IMG/VR virus record: IMGVR_UViG_3300030329_001359
Location: 32,001 to 96,000 of that record
Strand: one strand, 5' to 3'
Length of the DNA stretch: 64,000 nucleotides
Source: a virus
Shown: positions 48,559 through 57,615 of the stretch, piece by piece
Layout of the letters: every line of letters begins with the position of its first letter
Numbering within the stretch: the stretch's first letter is position 1
Made by a program: the position numbers and the translations under genes
The notes under the pieces: generated by a model
Told to the model about the DNA's origin: nothing
Databases searched by the model: none
Seen by the model: only the letters and a program-made list of their open reading frames with translations

Positions 48559-48825
48559 ATGGGCCGATTAACAATAAAGGAAGTAGACGAACTAAAAAAA
48601 GCTGGTGTTCTTGATAGTAAAGCTGTAAAAGAGCTTGAAAGTAAGAATCTTGTAGGCACTAGAACTCGTGGAACTAAGTATTATTTTAAGAATGGTAAAG
48701 GGAAAGTACATCCTCAACTATACTTTAAAGGGCTTGGTAAAAAGACAAAGCCATCTAAGGAAATGTCAACATTTAGGCAAGAGTTTAATAAACTGCTTGA
48801 TAAATACGCAACTAAAGAACAGTAA
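48559..48825 (+). CDS. Hypothetical basic protein (88 aa)
   Basis: AAGGAG SD. Confidence 0.65.
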   Translation: MGRLTIKEVDELKKAGVLDSKAVKELESKNLVGTRTRGTKYYFKNGKGKVHPQLYFKGLGKKTKPSKEMSTFRQEFNKLLDKYATKEQ

Positions 48826-48833
48826 TTGGAGTA

Positions 48834-49409
48834 TTGATGAAACAATTTGATGCAACGTTTGACGATGGAAAAGATGGATATCAGTCTGCTAACCCAGGCA
48901 AATATCCAGCTCATGTTTCAGGCTTTGATGTTAGAACATTTGAATCAGGAAGCAAGGTTTTCAATATTGAATTCACACTTGCTGAAGAATGTAAGAACAT
49001 GAAAGTTCATAAACATATAAGAAATGGAAATGAATACGAACCATGTTTTCATAAAAATGAAGACCCTGAAAAGATTTCAGCTGGATTCATGAGTGGTAAG
49101 AAGTATTTCTCAGCAGGCGTATGGTTAACACCTAACTTACCTAAAGACCAAGGATGGAAAAACAGAACATATAAGGAATTCTTTACTAATATAGGTATTG
49201 AATTTCCAACTAACGAAAGTGGCACTATTGAATTACAAGAAGTAGAAGAAGAAGATGTAATTGGTATGCCATCTCTTGTTAATGTTCAACCATATTCATA
49301 TACAAATAAAGATGGAAGTGAAAAAACAACTTTAAGAGTAATGAATGTGTTTCCTTGGAATGATGGATCTCGTAAAGAACCACCTAAGGATACTGACGTA
49401 CCATTCTAA
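48834..49409 (+). CDS. Putative ssDNA-binding protein (DUF669-like)
   Basis: PGKYPAHV N-terminal motif and acidic DTDVPF C-terminal tail. Confidence 0.65.
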   Translation: MMKQFDATFDDGKDGYQSANPGKYPAHVSGFDVRTFESGSKVFNIEFTLAEECKNMKVHKHIRNGNEYEPCFHKNEDPEKISAGFMSGKKYFSAGVWLTPNLPKDQGWKNRTYKEFFTNIGIEFPTNESGTIELQEVEEEDVIGMPSLVNVQPYSYTNKDGSEKTTLRVMNVFPWNDGSRKEPPKDTDVPF

Positions 49410-49420
49410 ATGAACAATAT

Positions 49421-49499
49421 ACTAAGGGCTAAAGTGGATAACTTAAAAGGGTGCATCTGTTCTTTTAGGTTGGCTGGAGGTTCCTGCCATGCCCTTAGT
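49421..49499 (+). ncRNA. Candidate three-way-junction RNA element
   Basis: ACTAAGGGC/GCCCTTAGT stem enclosing two hairpins. Confidence 0.45.
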
Positions 49500-49525
49500 T
49501 CATTTTGTTTTTATAAAGGAGAATT

Positions 49526-49921
49526 ATGGATTGGGTAATAAGAAGATTAAGTAGAAAGGTTTCTTCTTCTAGGAATAAATCTAATAGTAGAAATAGCAAC
49601 TTAAAGGAATCTAAGAGACTTAAACTTTGCAATATGTGTAAAAATGTATGGGAAATATCTCATACTGGAACCACGATGTATTATAATTCATTCCCTACAT
49701 ACAAACTTGAAAGAAGATTATGTAGAAAATGTATAGGAGTTATCATGAAAAGAAAAGAATTAATAGATGAAATGGAAGAACATATATATGATTTAGGATG
49801 GGAAAGAGATAGAATGACAAGTAGTGGAACTGAAACATTAGATAAAATGGAAAAACTTTTAATTAAAATAAAAAGAGAGGTTAGAAATGCCGAGAAAAAA
49901 GAGAAAGAATATTCCAAATAA
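49526..49921 (+). CDS. Zn-ribbon-like protein with an in-frame internal start at 49744
   Basis: CNMC..CRKC; internal AGGAG-N5-ATG. Confidence 0.6.
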   Translation: MDWVIRRLSRKVSSSRNKSNSRNSNLKESKRLKLCNMCKNVWEISHTGTTMYYNSFPTYKLERRLCRKCIGVIMKRKELIDEMEEHIYDLGWERDRMTSSGTETLDKMEKLLIKIKREVRNAEKKEKEYSK

Positions 49922-50000
49922 CTTTCGAGGAAAAGAAGATAGATTCTGGACCAAGATAGTTAAAGGATTAAAGAAATTCTTAGAATCTCCATTTAAGTAG
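49887..50000 (+). CDS. Hypothetical basic peptide (37 aa)
   Basis: GAGG SD; MPRKKRKNIPNNFRGKEDRFW... Confidence 0.5.
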   Translation: MPRKKRKNIPNNFRGKEDRFWTKIVKGLKKFLESPFK

Positions 50001-50002
50001 TC

Positions 50003-50194
50003 ATGCCTAAAGCATCTACATTAATGAAAGCAAAAAGGATGTCATGTTGTCCATTATGCCTTAATGTTATACCAAAAGGTACCAACATAAAAGTATATAG
50101 TAACGCATGGTATCACCCTAAATGCTGTGATGAGATAATCAGAGCAGTAGAATCAAAAAAGAAACTAAAAGAAAGGAATAGTTATGCCACATAA
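50003..50194 (+). CDS. Small Zn-finger-like protein
   Basis: CPLC..I..G..WYHPKC. Confidence 0.6.
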   Translation: MPKASTLMKAKRMSCCPLCLNVIPKGTNIKVYSNAWYHPKCCDEIIRAVESKKKLKERNSYAT

Positions 50195-50399
50195 ATATAC
50201 TAAAGTGGGTTCAGGTAATGCATTTAAAAACAAAGAAACTGATGGAAATAGACCTCCATATTCAGGTAATAAGTTTGAACTTGAATTAGGTGGTGAAAAA
50301 TATGAATTGCAATTAGCTATATGGCCCGGTAAAGCAAAGAATGGTAATGAATATCTTAGAGCTGTATTAACACAAGTAGAGGAGATTCAAGGTGAGTGA
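50184..50399 (+). CDS. Small putative ssDNA-binding protein (DUF736-like)
   Basis: FKNKE..RPPYSG..LAIW..NGNEYL. Confidence 0.55.
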   Translation: MPHKYTKVGSGNAFKNKETDGNRPPYSGNKFELELGGEKYELQLAIWPGKAKNGNEYLRAVLTQVEEIQGE

Positions 50400-50727
50400 T
50401 TTTACAGTAAGAGTAAGAAATGAAAGACAGAACTTGAGAGATAGAATTGAATGGTTAGAAAAAGGAATGAAAGAAATAATTAACCATTATAGTTACAATA
50501 CAGTTCCAAGAGAAGTAAGAGACATTGCTAAATCATATCTTGATGGGGAACCTACAACTGCAGATGAATTCAACCCAAAATTAGAAGACCAACAAATGGA
50601 AGGTATTCAATTAAAGGAAGAATTAGAATCTGAATATGATAATCTAAATGCTGAAATGGAAGAAGGGTATGACGATATTGAGAAATTTAGAGAAGACCAT
50701 CTAACAATAATAGAGGAAGAAGAATGA
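50392..50727 (+). CDS. Hypothetical acidic protein
   Basis: Overlap-coupled ORF. Confidence 0.6.
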   Translation: MSDFTVRVRNERQNLRDRIEWLEKGMKEIINHYSYNTVPREVRDIAKSYLDGEPTTADEFNPKLEDQQMEGIQLKEELESEYDNLNAEMEEGYDDIEKFREDHLTIIEEEE

Positions 50728-50975
50728 ATAAAAAAAAATGGTTAAATCAAAATGTAATGGTTGATGAATGGGGTAGACCTCCTTCATTGGCAGACGTTCC
50801 ATTAACCGTTATGAGTAGAACAGAAATGTTTAAAAAAAGAAATATGGACAAAAAAGAAATAGATAGAATATGGAATGTAATGAAAGAATATGGTTCAGAT
50901 AAAACAGATTTTAATAAAGACCTACTTTTTGATAGAAAAAAAGGTACTTATTATTATAAAAAGGAGAAGAAATGA
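50724..50975 (+). CDS. Hypothetical protein (83 aa)
   Basis: ATGA-coupled; DEWGRPPSLADVP. Confidence 0.6.
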   Translation: MNKKKWLNQNVMVDEWGRPPSLADVPLTVMSRTEMFKKRNMDKKEIDRIWNVMKEYGSDKTDFNKDLLFDRKKGTYYYKKEKK

Positions 50976-51109
50976 TACAAGCATTAGCAGAAGTAATACG
51001 GATGTTTGGAGAATTGGTATCTTACATAGTTCTAAGTGGAGTTGGTCTCTTCTTATTAGCAATGTCATTGGTGATATTTAAAGACTACAAAGGGAGGAAC
51101 GATGGATAA
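50972..51109 (+). CDS. Small membrane protein (45 aa)
   Basis: AAGGAG SD; TM LVSYIVLSGVGLFLLAMSLVIF. Confidence 0.6.
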   Translation: MIQALAEVIRMFGELVSYIVLSGVGLFLLAMSLVIFKDYKGRNDG

Positions 51110-51281
51110 ATTTTCAAGGAATGAAGTATTCTTATATCTTGAACAATTAAGAGATTCAGGTGAGACAAATATGTGGGGAGCCGCTCCATACTTAGAAAAA
51201 CATTTTGAGATTGATAAAAAAACAGCAAAAGAATGGCTGTTGAAATGGATAAAAAGTTACAATAAAGGAGTAGAAGAATGA
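51102..51281 (+). CDS. DUF5049-like small protein (59 aa)
   Basis: GGAGG SD; LEQLRDSGETNMWGAAPYL. Confidence 0.65.
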   Translation: MDKFSRNEVFLYLEQLRDSGETNMWGAAPYLEKHFEIDKKTAKEWLLKWIKSYNKGVEE

Positions 51282-51454
51282 GATATTACTGGGAAGTTCT
51301 ATTTAGTACTGAATACTTTCCATATTGGGAGTTCACAATGCTTATGATGTTAGCATTACAACTCAGCCAACTATGGAGACTTCATAGAATAGAAAATAAA
51401 ATAGAAAGAGATAACGAATTGTTGCATCATATAATAGATGAAGTAGAGTTATAA
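51278..51454 (+). CDS. Small membrane-associated protein (58 aa)
   Basis: AAGGAG SD; MRYYWEVLFSTEYFPYWEFTMLMMLALQL... Confidence 0.6.
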   Translation: MRYYWEVLFSTEYFPYWEFTMLMMLALQLSQLWRLHRIENKIERDNELLHHIIDEVEL

Positions 51455-51550
51455 ATGAATTTAGTAATTAACATAATATTAATATTAGCATTGTGTTTTG
51501 TATTTGTATACGGACTATCTATGCTAATGTTTGATGAGGAGGAAGAATGA
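51455..51550 (+). CDS. Small membrane peptide (31 aa)
   Basis: MNLVINIILILALCFVFVYGLSMLMFDEEEE fills the gap. Confidence 0.5.
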   Translation: MNLVINIILILALCFVFVYGLSMLMFDEEEE

Positions 51551-51759
51551 GTAAAATGTCATGGATAAGTTATCTGTGTGAATCTGGTAACACAAAAGAG
51601 TTAATAGAAGAGGTCGGTGAAGAACTTGCCAACCAATTCTTACATGCTCATAATCAAATGAGAGATAACAGAGACAACCCTGCATATGATAAATTGAATG
51701 AAATTCATGATGAAATGCAAAAAGAGGCAAAGAATGAAAGAATCGTCAGCAACGATTAA
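51547..51759 (+). CDS. Hypothetical protein (70 aa)
   Basis: GGAGG SD. Confidence 0.6.
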   Translation: MSKMSWISYLCESGNTKELIEEVGEELANQFLHAHNQMRDNRDNPAYDKLNEIHDEMQKEAKNERIVSND

Positions 51760-51988
51760 ACTAACTAAATCCGAAATAGAATGGAATATACTTGCATTGG
51801 TCATAGCTGAGAAATCATCAGAAATGCATGACAGATTTGGAAATGCAAAGACATTTAAAAAACTAAGAGAGGATTTAATTAAAATAAAAAACGATATAAT
51901 AGAAGGAGAAAAAAAAATTGAAACCAGAAACAAAACAGAAGAGAAAATTAGGACAGGCCCGAAAACTTGCGAAAGCTGCATTGATTGA
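51698..51988 (+). CDS. Hypothetical protein
   Basis: Probable start MKESS; ends CESCID. Confidence 0.55.
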   Translation: MKFMMKCKKRQRMKESSATIKLTKSEIEWNILALVIAEKSSEMHDRFGNAKTFKKLREDLIKIKNDIIEGEKKIETRNKTEEKIRTGPKTCESCID

Positions 51989-52205
51989 TAAACCAATTTG
52001 GAAACCTTCTAAAGGTAAAGTATACCTAAAAGATGTTCCAGTAGGAAGTTTATTCAAAACATCAGGCATTAAAGGGATATTGCTAGATATATCAGCTTCT
52101 TCAGCTTCTGTTGTTATAACTGAAAAATATGGGCCAGATAGTGAAGATTCATTTTATCTAGGGAAAAGATTGATAGCACCAACTACGGAGGTAGAAAAAT
52201 TATGA
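51918..52205 (+). CDS. Hypothetical protein (95 aa)
   Basis: YLKDVPVGSLFKT; AAGGAG SD. Confidence 0.55.
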   Translation: MKPETKQKRKLGQARKLAKAALIDKPIWKPSKGKVYLKDVPVGSLFKTSGIKGILLDISASSASVVITEKYGPDSEDSFYLGKRLIAPTTEVEKL

Positions 52206-52597
52206 AGAAATGCCCGTGTTGTGGATATGAGTTCGGAAAGAAATACAATCCATCAATGCAAATTGTAACATTACTATCTAAGAGAGATATGATAACTAAG
52301 AATATGATTAATCAGGCTTGCTCTTATATTCAATCTGAAGTACCTTCTGATGACAATATAAAGAAAAGATTTCAATTTATTCAGGGTATCTCTCATGTAG
52401 ATAATGAAAATATCCAATACACAATAGCAAGATTCGTATCACAAAAACTTTTCATGCAAGGGTATGGATACAGTTATCTAAGAAGCATGATAATTAGAGA
52501 ACACATAGATTCACCAAAAAAGAAACTAAATGAATTAAAGAGGTATGGAAAGCCTCCAAAGAAAAGAAAAAAGGAGAAAGATAATGCAGAAACATAA
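52202..52597 (+). CDS. Hypothetical protein with N-terminal CPCC knuckle
   Basis: GGAGG SD; YSYLRSMII resembles C-terminal motifs of replication initiators (weak). Confidence 0.55.
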   Translation: MKKCPCCGYEFGKKYNPSMQIVTLLSKRDMITKNMINQACSYIQSEVPSDDNIKKRFQFIQGISHVDNENIQYTIARFVSQKLFMQGYGYSYLRSMIIREHIDSPKKKLNELKRYGKPPKKRKKEKDNAET

Positions 52598-53366
52598 CAT
52601 TAATGATTCGTATTTCCCAGTAAAAGAAATACCAGCAGTTGGTAGACATTTAGATAAAGATGTTACATTGCTAAATAATACTGGATACAAGTTCATTGTA
52701 AGAGAAGATACTGGAAAAGTACTTAGTTGTATGACAGATAACTATAAACTTGTTACGAATAAAAGTATAATGGAAAAAGCGGAACCTGTTCTTAAAGAGC
52801 AAGGAGCTGTGCTTTCAGATGTTCGTGTCTTTGGAAATGGTGCAAGAGTAAGATACAAGTACACATTTAAAGATACAAAAGTGGAAGTAGAAAAGAATGA
52901 TTGGTTGAACCCTGAGATAATCATTAACAATAGTTATGATGGTACAAGTGAAGTATCAGCAATGGGAGGAGCATTTAGAATGATATGTTCTAATGGTCTT
53001 ATCATAGGATACACTATTGGAAAGGAAGGTTCAAGACATACAGTATGGAATAATAAAGCAGACATAGAAGCAATAGTTAAATCCGTCATTAATAAAACAA
53101 CAACAGTATTTACTAATGACTTTCCTGCAATGATAGAGAAAGGTGTTAAGAAGAAAGATACTCAGAAACTTCTTGAATTATTCCCAGGATATACGATGGA
53201 ATCAATGGTACAGTATATGTTGAATACGCCACCTAAGAACTATTGGGATTTGTTAAATGCTGCTACTTGGGTAACAACTCATGTAATGAAGCGTGAAGCA
53301 GAAGCAACTCATAAGTTTGAATCAAGGATATTTGATACTGTTAAGAATATGGCTGCAAGGGCCTAA
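52584..53366 (+). CDS. DUF932/DUF945-family protein
   Basis: IVREDTGKVL..YKLVTN..NSYDG..FRMICSNGL..WDLLNAAT; start at MQKH after AAGGAG. Confidence 0.85.
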   Translation: MQKHNINDSYFPVKEIPAVGRHLDKDVTLLNNTGYKFIVREDTGKVLSCMTDNYKLVTNKSIMEKAEPVLKEQGAVLSDVRVFGNGARVRYKYTFKDTKVEVEKNDWLNPEIIINNSYDGTSEVSAMGGAFRMICSNGLIIGYTIGKEGSRHTVWNNKADIEAIVKSVINKTTTVFTNDFPAMIEKGVKKKDTQKLLELFPGYTMESMVQYMLNTPPKNYWDLLNAATWVTTHVMKREAEATHKFESRIFDTVKNMAARA

Positions 53367-54187
53367 TGGACGTTGATTGTCCTGTAGTAATTCCTTATTA
53401 TGGGGGAAAATTTACCATGAGTAGACAACTTGTTGGTATGATTCCCCCACATAGGAGATACTTTGAACCATTCTTTGGCGGTGGTTCAATGTTTTTCAGG
53501 AAAAAGAAAGCTGAATGGAACGTTTTAAATGATATAGACAATGACCTTGTGAACTTGTATTTGTGTGTTATTTCGAGGTTTTCTGAATTATGTGAGTATG
53601 TAGAGTGGCTTCCTAGAAGCAGACAAGTATTTGAAGAAGCTCAGTCATTGATAAAAACACCAGTAATAGATAATCCAAATCCTAAAAGAGCTGCTATGTA
53701 TTTCTTTGCAGTTAGGAACTCATTTAATAATATACCAACAGGTTCATTTAGTAAAGACACTAAGTGGGATGTAAGTATAATAAATGAATTAAAAGTATCT
53801 AAAAAGAAACTGGATAATTGTACAATAGAGAATATGCATTTTGGTGATTTAGTTAAAAGGTATGAACCTAGAAAAGGTGATTTCTTTTACTTTGACCCTC
53901 CGTATGTAGTTACAGATAAGAAAACTAAGAAGAACTATTATAGAAATGTTTTCGATGATAAATTACATGATGAATTAAAAGAGATATGCGATTTTATAGA
54001 TGAAAGCGACGCTAAATTCATGGTCAGTTATGATAATAAAGAAGAAATATCAAATCTTTACAAAGACTATAATCTCAATCATATTAAAACAAAGTATGTA
54101 GGCACAAAAGCTGAAGACCGAGGTAAGGTTAGGATAGAATTGCTTATTACAAACTATAAAATACAGGAGCAAGGAGTATTGTTTTGA
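53366..54187 (+). CDS. DNA N6-adenine methyltransferase (Dam/D12 class)
   Basis: PYYGGK, EPFFGGGS, NDID, DPPY, ELLITNY. Confidence 0.9.
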   Translation: MDVDCPVVIPYYGGKFTMSRQLVGMIPPHRRYFEPFFGGGSMFFRKKKAEWNVLNDIDNDLVNLYLCVISRFSELCEYVEWLPRSRQVFEEAQSLIKTPVIDNPNPKRAAMYFFAVRNSFNNIPTGSFSKDTKWDVSIINELKVSKKKLDNCTIENMHFGDLVKRYEPRKGDFFYFDPPYVVTDKKTKKNYYRNVFDDKLHDELKEICDFIDESDAKFMVSYDNKEEISNLYKDYNLNHIKTKYVGTKAEDRGKVRIELLITNYKIQEQGVLF

Positions 54188-55260
54188 GTTTAGGAGATGA
54201 TATAAGAAAAGATATTGATGGCAATGTAATAGGTTGCCCTCATTGTGGTTCTAGGTCGATACATAAAAGTGGTTTTTTGTATAGAGCTAGTTCAAAAAGA
54301 CAGCAGTATAAATGTACTGCGTGTGGAAGAAAAACAGTAAAACCTTCAATATTGGAAAAAAGTCCATTTAAAGTAGACAATGTTGACCCAGAAAACATAC
54401 CAATAGAAGAACTGATAGTACATAGAAAGAAGCAGTATAAACAAAAGAAAATATCAAAAGAAAGCAAGAAGTTAGTAAGAATCAATATCAATATGGATGG
54501 GCCCATAGGGATTGCTCATTTTGGAGACCCTCATGTAGATGACGACGGAACTGATTTGTCTCAAATTATCAGATATATGGATATTATAAATGATACAGAA
54601 GGGATGTTTGCTGGTAATCTTGGAGATATACAGAACAACTGGATAGGGAGACTCTCATACCTCTATGGTCAGCAGTCTACATCTGCAAAGGAATCTTGGA
54701 GATTAACTGAATACTTCGTGAATAAAATGAATTGGTTATACTTAGTAGCAGGTAACCATGATGTGTGGAGTGGTGATGGTGACCCGTTAGAATTCATTAT
54801 GAGAGACCATAAAGGATTGTATGAAAGATGGGGAGCAAGAATGAGATTATTATTTCCAAATCAAAAGAGTATTAGAATAAATGCTAGACATACATTCAAA
54901 GGTAACTCACAATGGAATACAGCTCACGGTGTAGCTAAAGCTGCGCAAATGGGATGGTCTGACCATATATTAACTTGTGGTCATACCCATGTATCAGGTT
55001 ATCAGGTAATAAAAAGTCCTTCTACGGGATTAATAAGTCATGCATTACAAGTAGCTTCATTCAAGATAATGGATAACTATGCTGATAAGTTAGGATTAGA
55101 CGATAAGAATATATTTAATTGTCCTGTTACAATCATTGACCCTCAGTATGACGATGATGATAATAGATTAATTACAACAATATTCAACCCAGAAGAAGGA
55201 TGTGAATTCCTTAAATACAAAAGAAAAGAATGGAAACAAAAAAACAAGGAGGCTAAATGA
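54184..55260 (+). CDS. Calcineurin-like metallophosphoesterase with N-terminal Zn ribbon
   Basis: CPHCGS..YKCTACGR; GDPH, GDIQNN, GNHD, GHTH. Confidence 0.85.
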   Translation: MSLGDDIRKDIDGNVIGCPHCGSRSIHKSGFLYRASSKRQQYKCTACGRKTVKPSILEKSPFKVDNVDPENIPIEELIVHRKKQYKQKKISKESKKLVRININMDGPIGIAHFGDPHVDDDGTDLSQIIRYMDIINDTEGMFAGNLGDIQNNWIGRLSYLYGQQSTSAKESWRLTEYFVNKMNWLYLVAGNHDVWSGDGDPLEFIMRDHKGLYERWGARMRLLFPNQKSIRINARHTFKGNSQWNTAHGVAKAAQMGWSDHILTCGHTHVSGYQVIKSPSTGLISHALQVASFKIMDNYADKLGLDDKNIFNCPVTIIDPQYDDDDNRLITTIFNPEEGCEFLKYKRKEWKQKNKEAK

Positions 55261-56582
55261 CAATAAGAATACAACCTCACAGCGAAGAAGCTGAGAAAGC
55301 ACTTCTTGGTTCTGTTTTAACAGGTGGAAGTGAAGTATTTGAAAAATGTAAGCACTGGATAAGACAATCTGATGCATTTTATAATGATTGCCATAAGAAA
55401 ATATGGATTGCAATGCACAGATTATATAGAGATAAAGATGGAATTGATTGTGTAACAGTTGTTGATAAATTCAAAAGGTTAAACCCAGATGAAAGTGATA
55501 CAAGAGATATAACGTATTACATATCAGGATTACCAGATGAATCACCATCTCCAGCTTTAGTAGAAAAGTATAGCAAGATTGTATGGGAAAAATATCTTAG
55601 AAGGTCTGTTAGTAAAAGCGCTATTAATTTAAATAGCACAGTTCTACAAGACGATAACCAATCAATGGAAGAAATAGTAGGTGAACATATTAGGTTATTG
55701 GAAGAGATAAAGAATATACAACCTACAAAATTAAATGATATTGAAGAAATAGTAGAGAAAACTAGAGAATTGGTAAACTCAGGTGATAACATTATAAAGT
55801 TTGGTATTCCAGCATTGGATATACCAGCAGGCGGAATGACAAGAAAAGAAATAACTGTACTAGGAGGAAGACCTGGACATGGTAAAACAACATTAGTTGT
55901 TAACATTGTAAGGTCATTGATAGAACAAGGGAATAAAGTAATAATATTTAATAGAGAAATGTCAAACCCTGAAATGATAAGAAAACTTGTAGTAATGGAA
56001 GGAAATAATCTTTCGTATTCAAAAGTTAGAAAAGGCGATTTAAATGGAACAACGGATGAGTTCAATAAATCAATAGATAAGATTAAAGATAAGTATAAAG
56101 ATAAATTACTTATGTTTGATGATGTCAGTACACTTGATGAAGCAATGCTTGAAATATCAAGACATAAACCGGATGTAATTATTGATGATTACATTCAACT
56201 AATTGCTATGCCGGAGAAACAAGAAAGAAGATTCCAGATAGAAAAGATAGTTCAAGACTATAAATGGATATGCAAGAAAGAAGATTGTTCAGCATTATTG
56301 GTCAGTCAATTAAATAGAGACATAGAAAAAAGATATGAACCTAGACCAAGACTATCAGATTATTCTGAAAGTGGTGTAATTGAGCAAACAGCAGAGTCTG
56401 CATTATTTGTATGGTATGGATATGTATTCAATGATGAAGAATATAGTCCTTATCAATCAGAAATCATATCAGCTAAGACAAGATATGGTAAAGTAATGAC
56501 AGAAGAAGTAGGATTTAATGGTGATAGATGTAGGTTCTATGAATCAAAAGAGCAAGCATTAGAAGACACACCTAAACAATAA
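55257..56582 (+). CDS. dnaB: Replicative DNA helicase, DnaB family
   Basis: PHSEEAEKALLG, GGRPGHGKT, REM, IDDYIQL, SQLNR, RPRLSD..ESGVIEQ. Confidence 0.92.
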   Translation: MTIRIQPHSEEAEKALLGSVLTGGSEVFEKCKHWIRQSDAFYNDCHKKIWIAMHRLYRDKDGIDCVTVVDKFKRLNPDESDTRDITYYISGLPDESPSPALVEKYSKIVWEKYLRRSVSKSAINLNSTVLQDDNQSMEEIVGEHIRLLEEIKNIQPTKLNDIEEIVEKTRELVNSGDNIIKFGIPALDIPAGGMTRKEITVLGGRPGHGKTTLVVNIVRSLIEQGNKVIIFNREMSNPEMIRKLVVMEGNNLSYSKVRKGDLNGTTDEFNKSIDKIKDKYKDKLLMFDDVSTLDEAMLEISRHKPDVIIDDYIQLIAMPEKQERRFQIEKIVQDYKWICKKEDCSALLVSQLNRDIEKRYEPRPRLSDYSESGVIEQTAESALFVWYGYVFNDEEYSPYQSEIISAKTRYGKVMTEEVGFNGDRCRFYESKEQALEDTPKQ

Positions 56583-56589
56583 AGAGAAT

Positions 56590-56707
56590 GGGCAGATGCA
56601 AGGCTAATGTCGTTACTGGTGGAGAGAAACAGTTAACTGTATTGCCATGGCTATACAAGGATACAGCGAAAGATTGCTGGGTGGGATTGTTTCAATAGTA
56701 TCTGCCC
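56590..56707 (+). ncRNA. Candidate multibranch structured RNA
   Basis: 10-bp outer stem and 9-bp inner stem with further hairpins. Confidence 0.5.
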
Positions 56708-56731
56708 CTTCCACTAAAAAAAGGAGATAGT

Positions 56732-56920
56732 ATGAGTAAAACAAAAAAGAAAGATACACTTGGCATGGAGCCAGCTGTACATAGAGCAAACATAGAAGAA
56801 AGAATAGATGAATTGGATAAAAGAATTGATGATCTTATAGTTGATTTTGGAGACATAATAGATGGTATGCAAAAAACACTAGATAAGATATGTGTTCGCA
56901 TGGGCCTACCAAAAAATTAA
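56732..56920 (+). CDS. Hypothetical coiled-coil protein (62 aa)
   Basis: AAGGAG SD. Confidence 0.65.
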   Translation: MSKTKKKDTLGMEPAVHRANIEERIDELDKRIDDLIVDFGDIIDGMQKTLDKICVRMGLPKN

Positions 56921-56921
56921 T

Positions 56922-57398
56922 ATGATTGCTGTTGGTATTGACCCTGGAAAATCTGGAGGTCTAGTTATAATTCATTCAAATAATAATGAGTGTTCTATGC
57001 ATAAATGCCCAGAGAATGCTAGTGGTATGTCAGATATTCTATTAAGAGCTAAAGATAGTGCTTACTCAGATAATGTACCAATAATGATATCAATAGAAAA
57101 AGTTCATGCGTTTCCAACTGACGCTAGAAGTGCTGCGTTCAAGTTTGGAATGAACTATGGTATGTGGTTAGGTGTAATAGGGGCATTGAATATACCATTC
57201 ATTGAAGTTGCTCCCAAGGTTTGGATGAAATCTTATGCCCCTTTACCTAAAATAAAACAAGAAAGAAAGAAAAAAATAAAAGAGATAGCAACTGATATAT
57301 ATTCAGATGTCTATAGTAATACAAATAAAATAACATATGCCGTTAGCGACGCTGCATTAATAGCTATATGGTGCTTAGAAAGGAGTAAAGATGACTAA
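56922..57398 (+). CDS. RuvC-like Holliday junction resolvase
   Basis: GIDPGKSGG, IEKVH, FKFGMNYG, PKVW, SDAALIA. Confidence 0.85.
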   Translation: MIAVGIDPGKSGGLVIIHSNNNECSMHKCPENASGMSDILLRAKDSAYSDNVPIMISIEKVHAFPTDARSAAFKFGMNYGMWLGVIGALNIPFIEVAPKVWMKSYAPLPKIKQERKKKIKEIATDIYSDVYSNTNKITYAVSDAALIAIWCLERSKDD

Positions 57399-57558
57399 TG
57401 AAAGAAAGATAGAAGTTATGGACGAATTGAGTCTAATGAGAAAAAAAATGAAAAATGTTATGGATTCAGAATTTAAAATAATAAAAGAAGCAAAGAAGAA
57501 TATTGATACGATTGATGAATTGTTGATAAATCTAAGAGGAAATAATAAGAAAAATTAA
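57391..57558 (+). CDS. Hypothetical protein (55 aa)
   Basis: AAGGAG SD; MTNERKIEVMDEL... Confidence 0.55.
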   Translation: MTNERKIEVMDELSLMRKKMKNVMDSEFKIIKEAKKNIDTIDELLINLRGNNKKN

Positions 57559-57582
57559 TTGCCTTTATTATTCATATGGCAT

Positions 57583-57615
57583 AAAGGGGTAGCTTGTATA
57601 GTGCCCCTTTTTTTT
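57583..57615. terminator. Terminator between convergent operons (probably bidirectional)
   Basis: AAAGGGGTA...TGCCCCTTTTTTTT. Confidence 0.75.

Noticed and set aside
54184-54340. IS1 element suggested by the InsA-like Zn ribbon
   Set aside because: No DDE transposase or terminal inverted repeats; the ribbon is fused to a phosphoesterase.
2440-57558. Stop-codon reassignment as in some crAss-like phages
   Set aside because: Long genes are intact in the standard code, and TAA, TAG and TGA all end genes.
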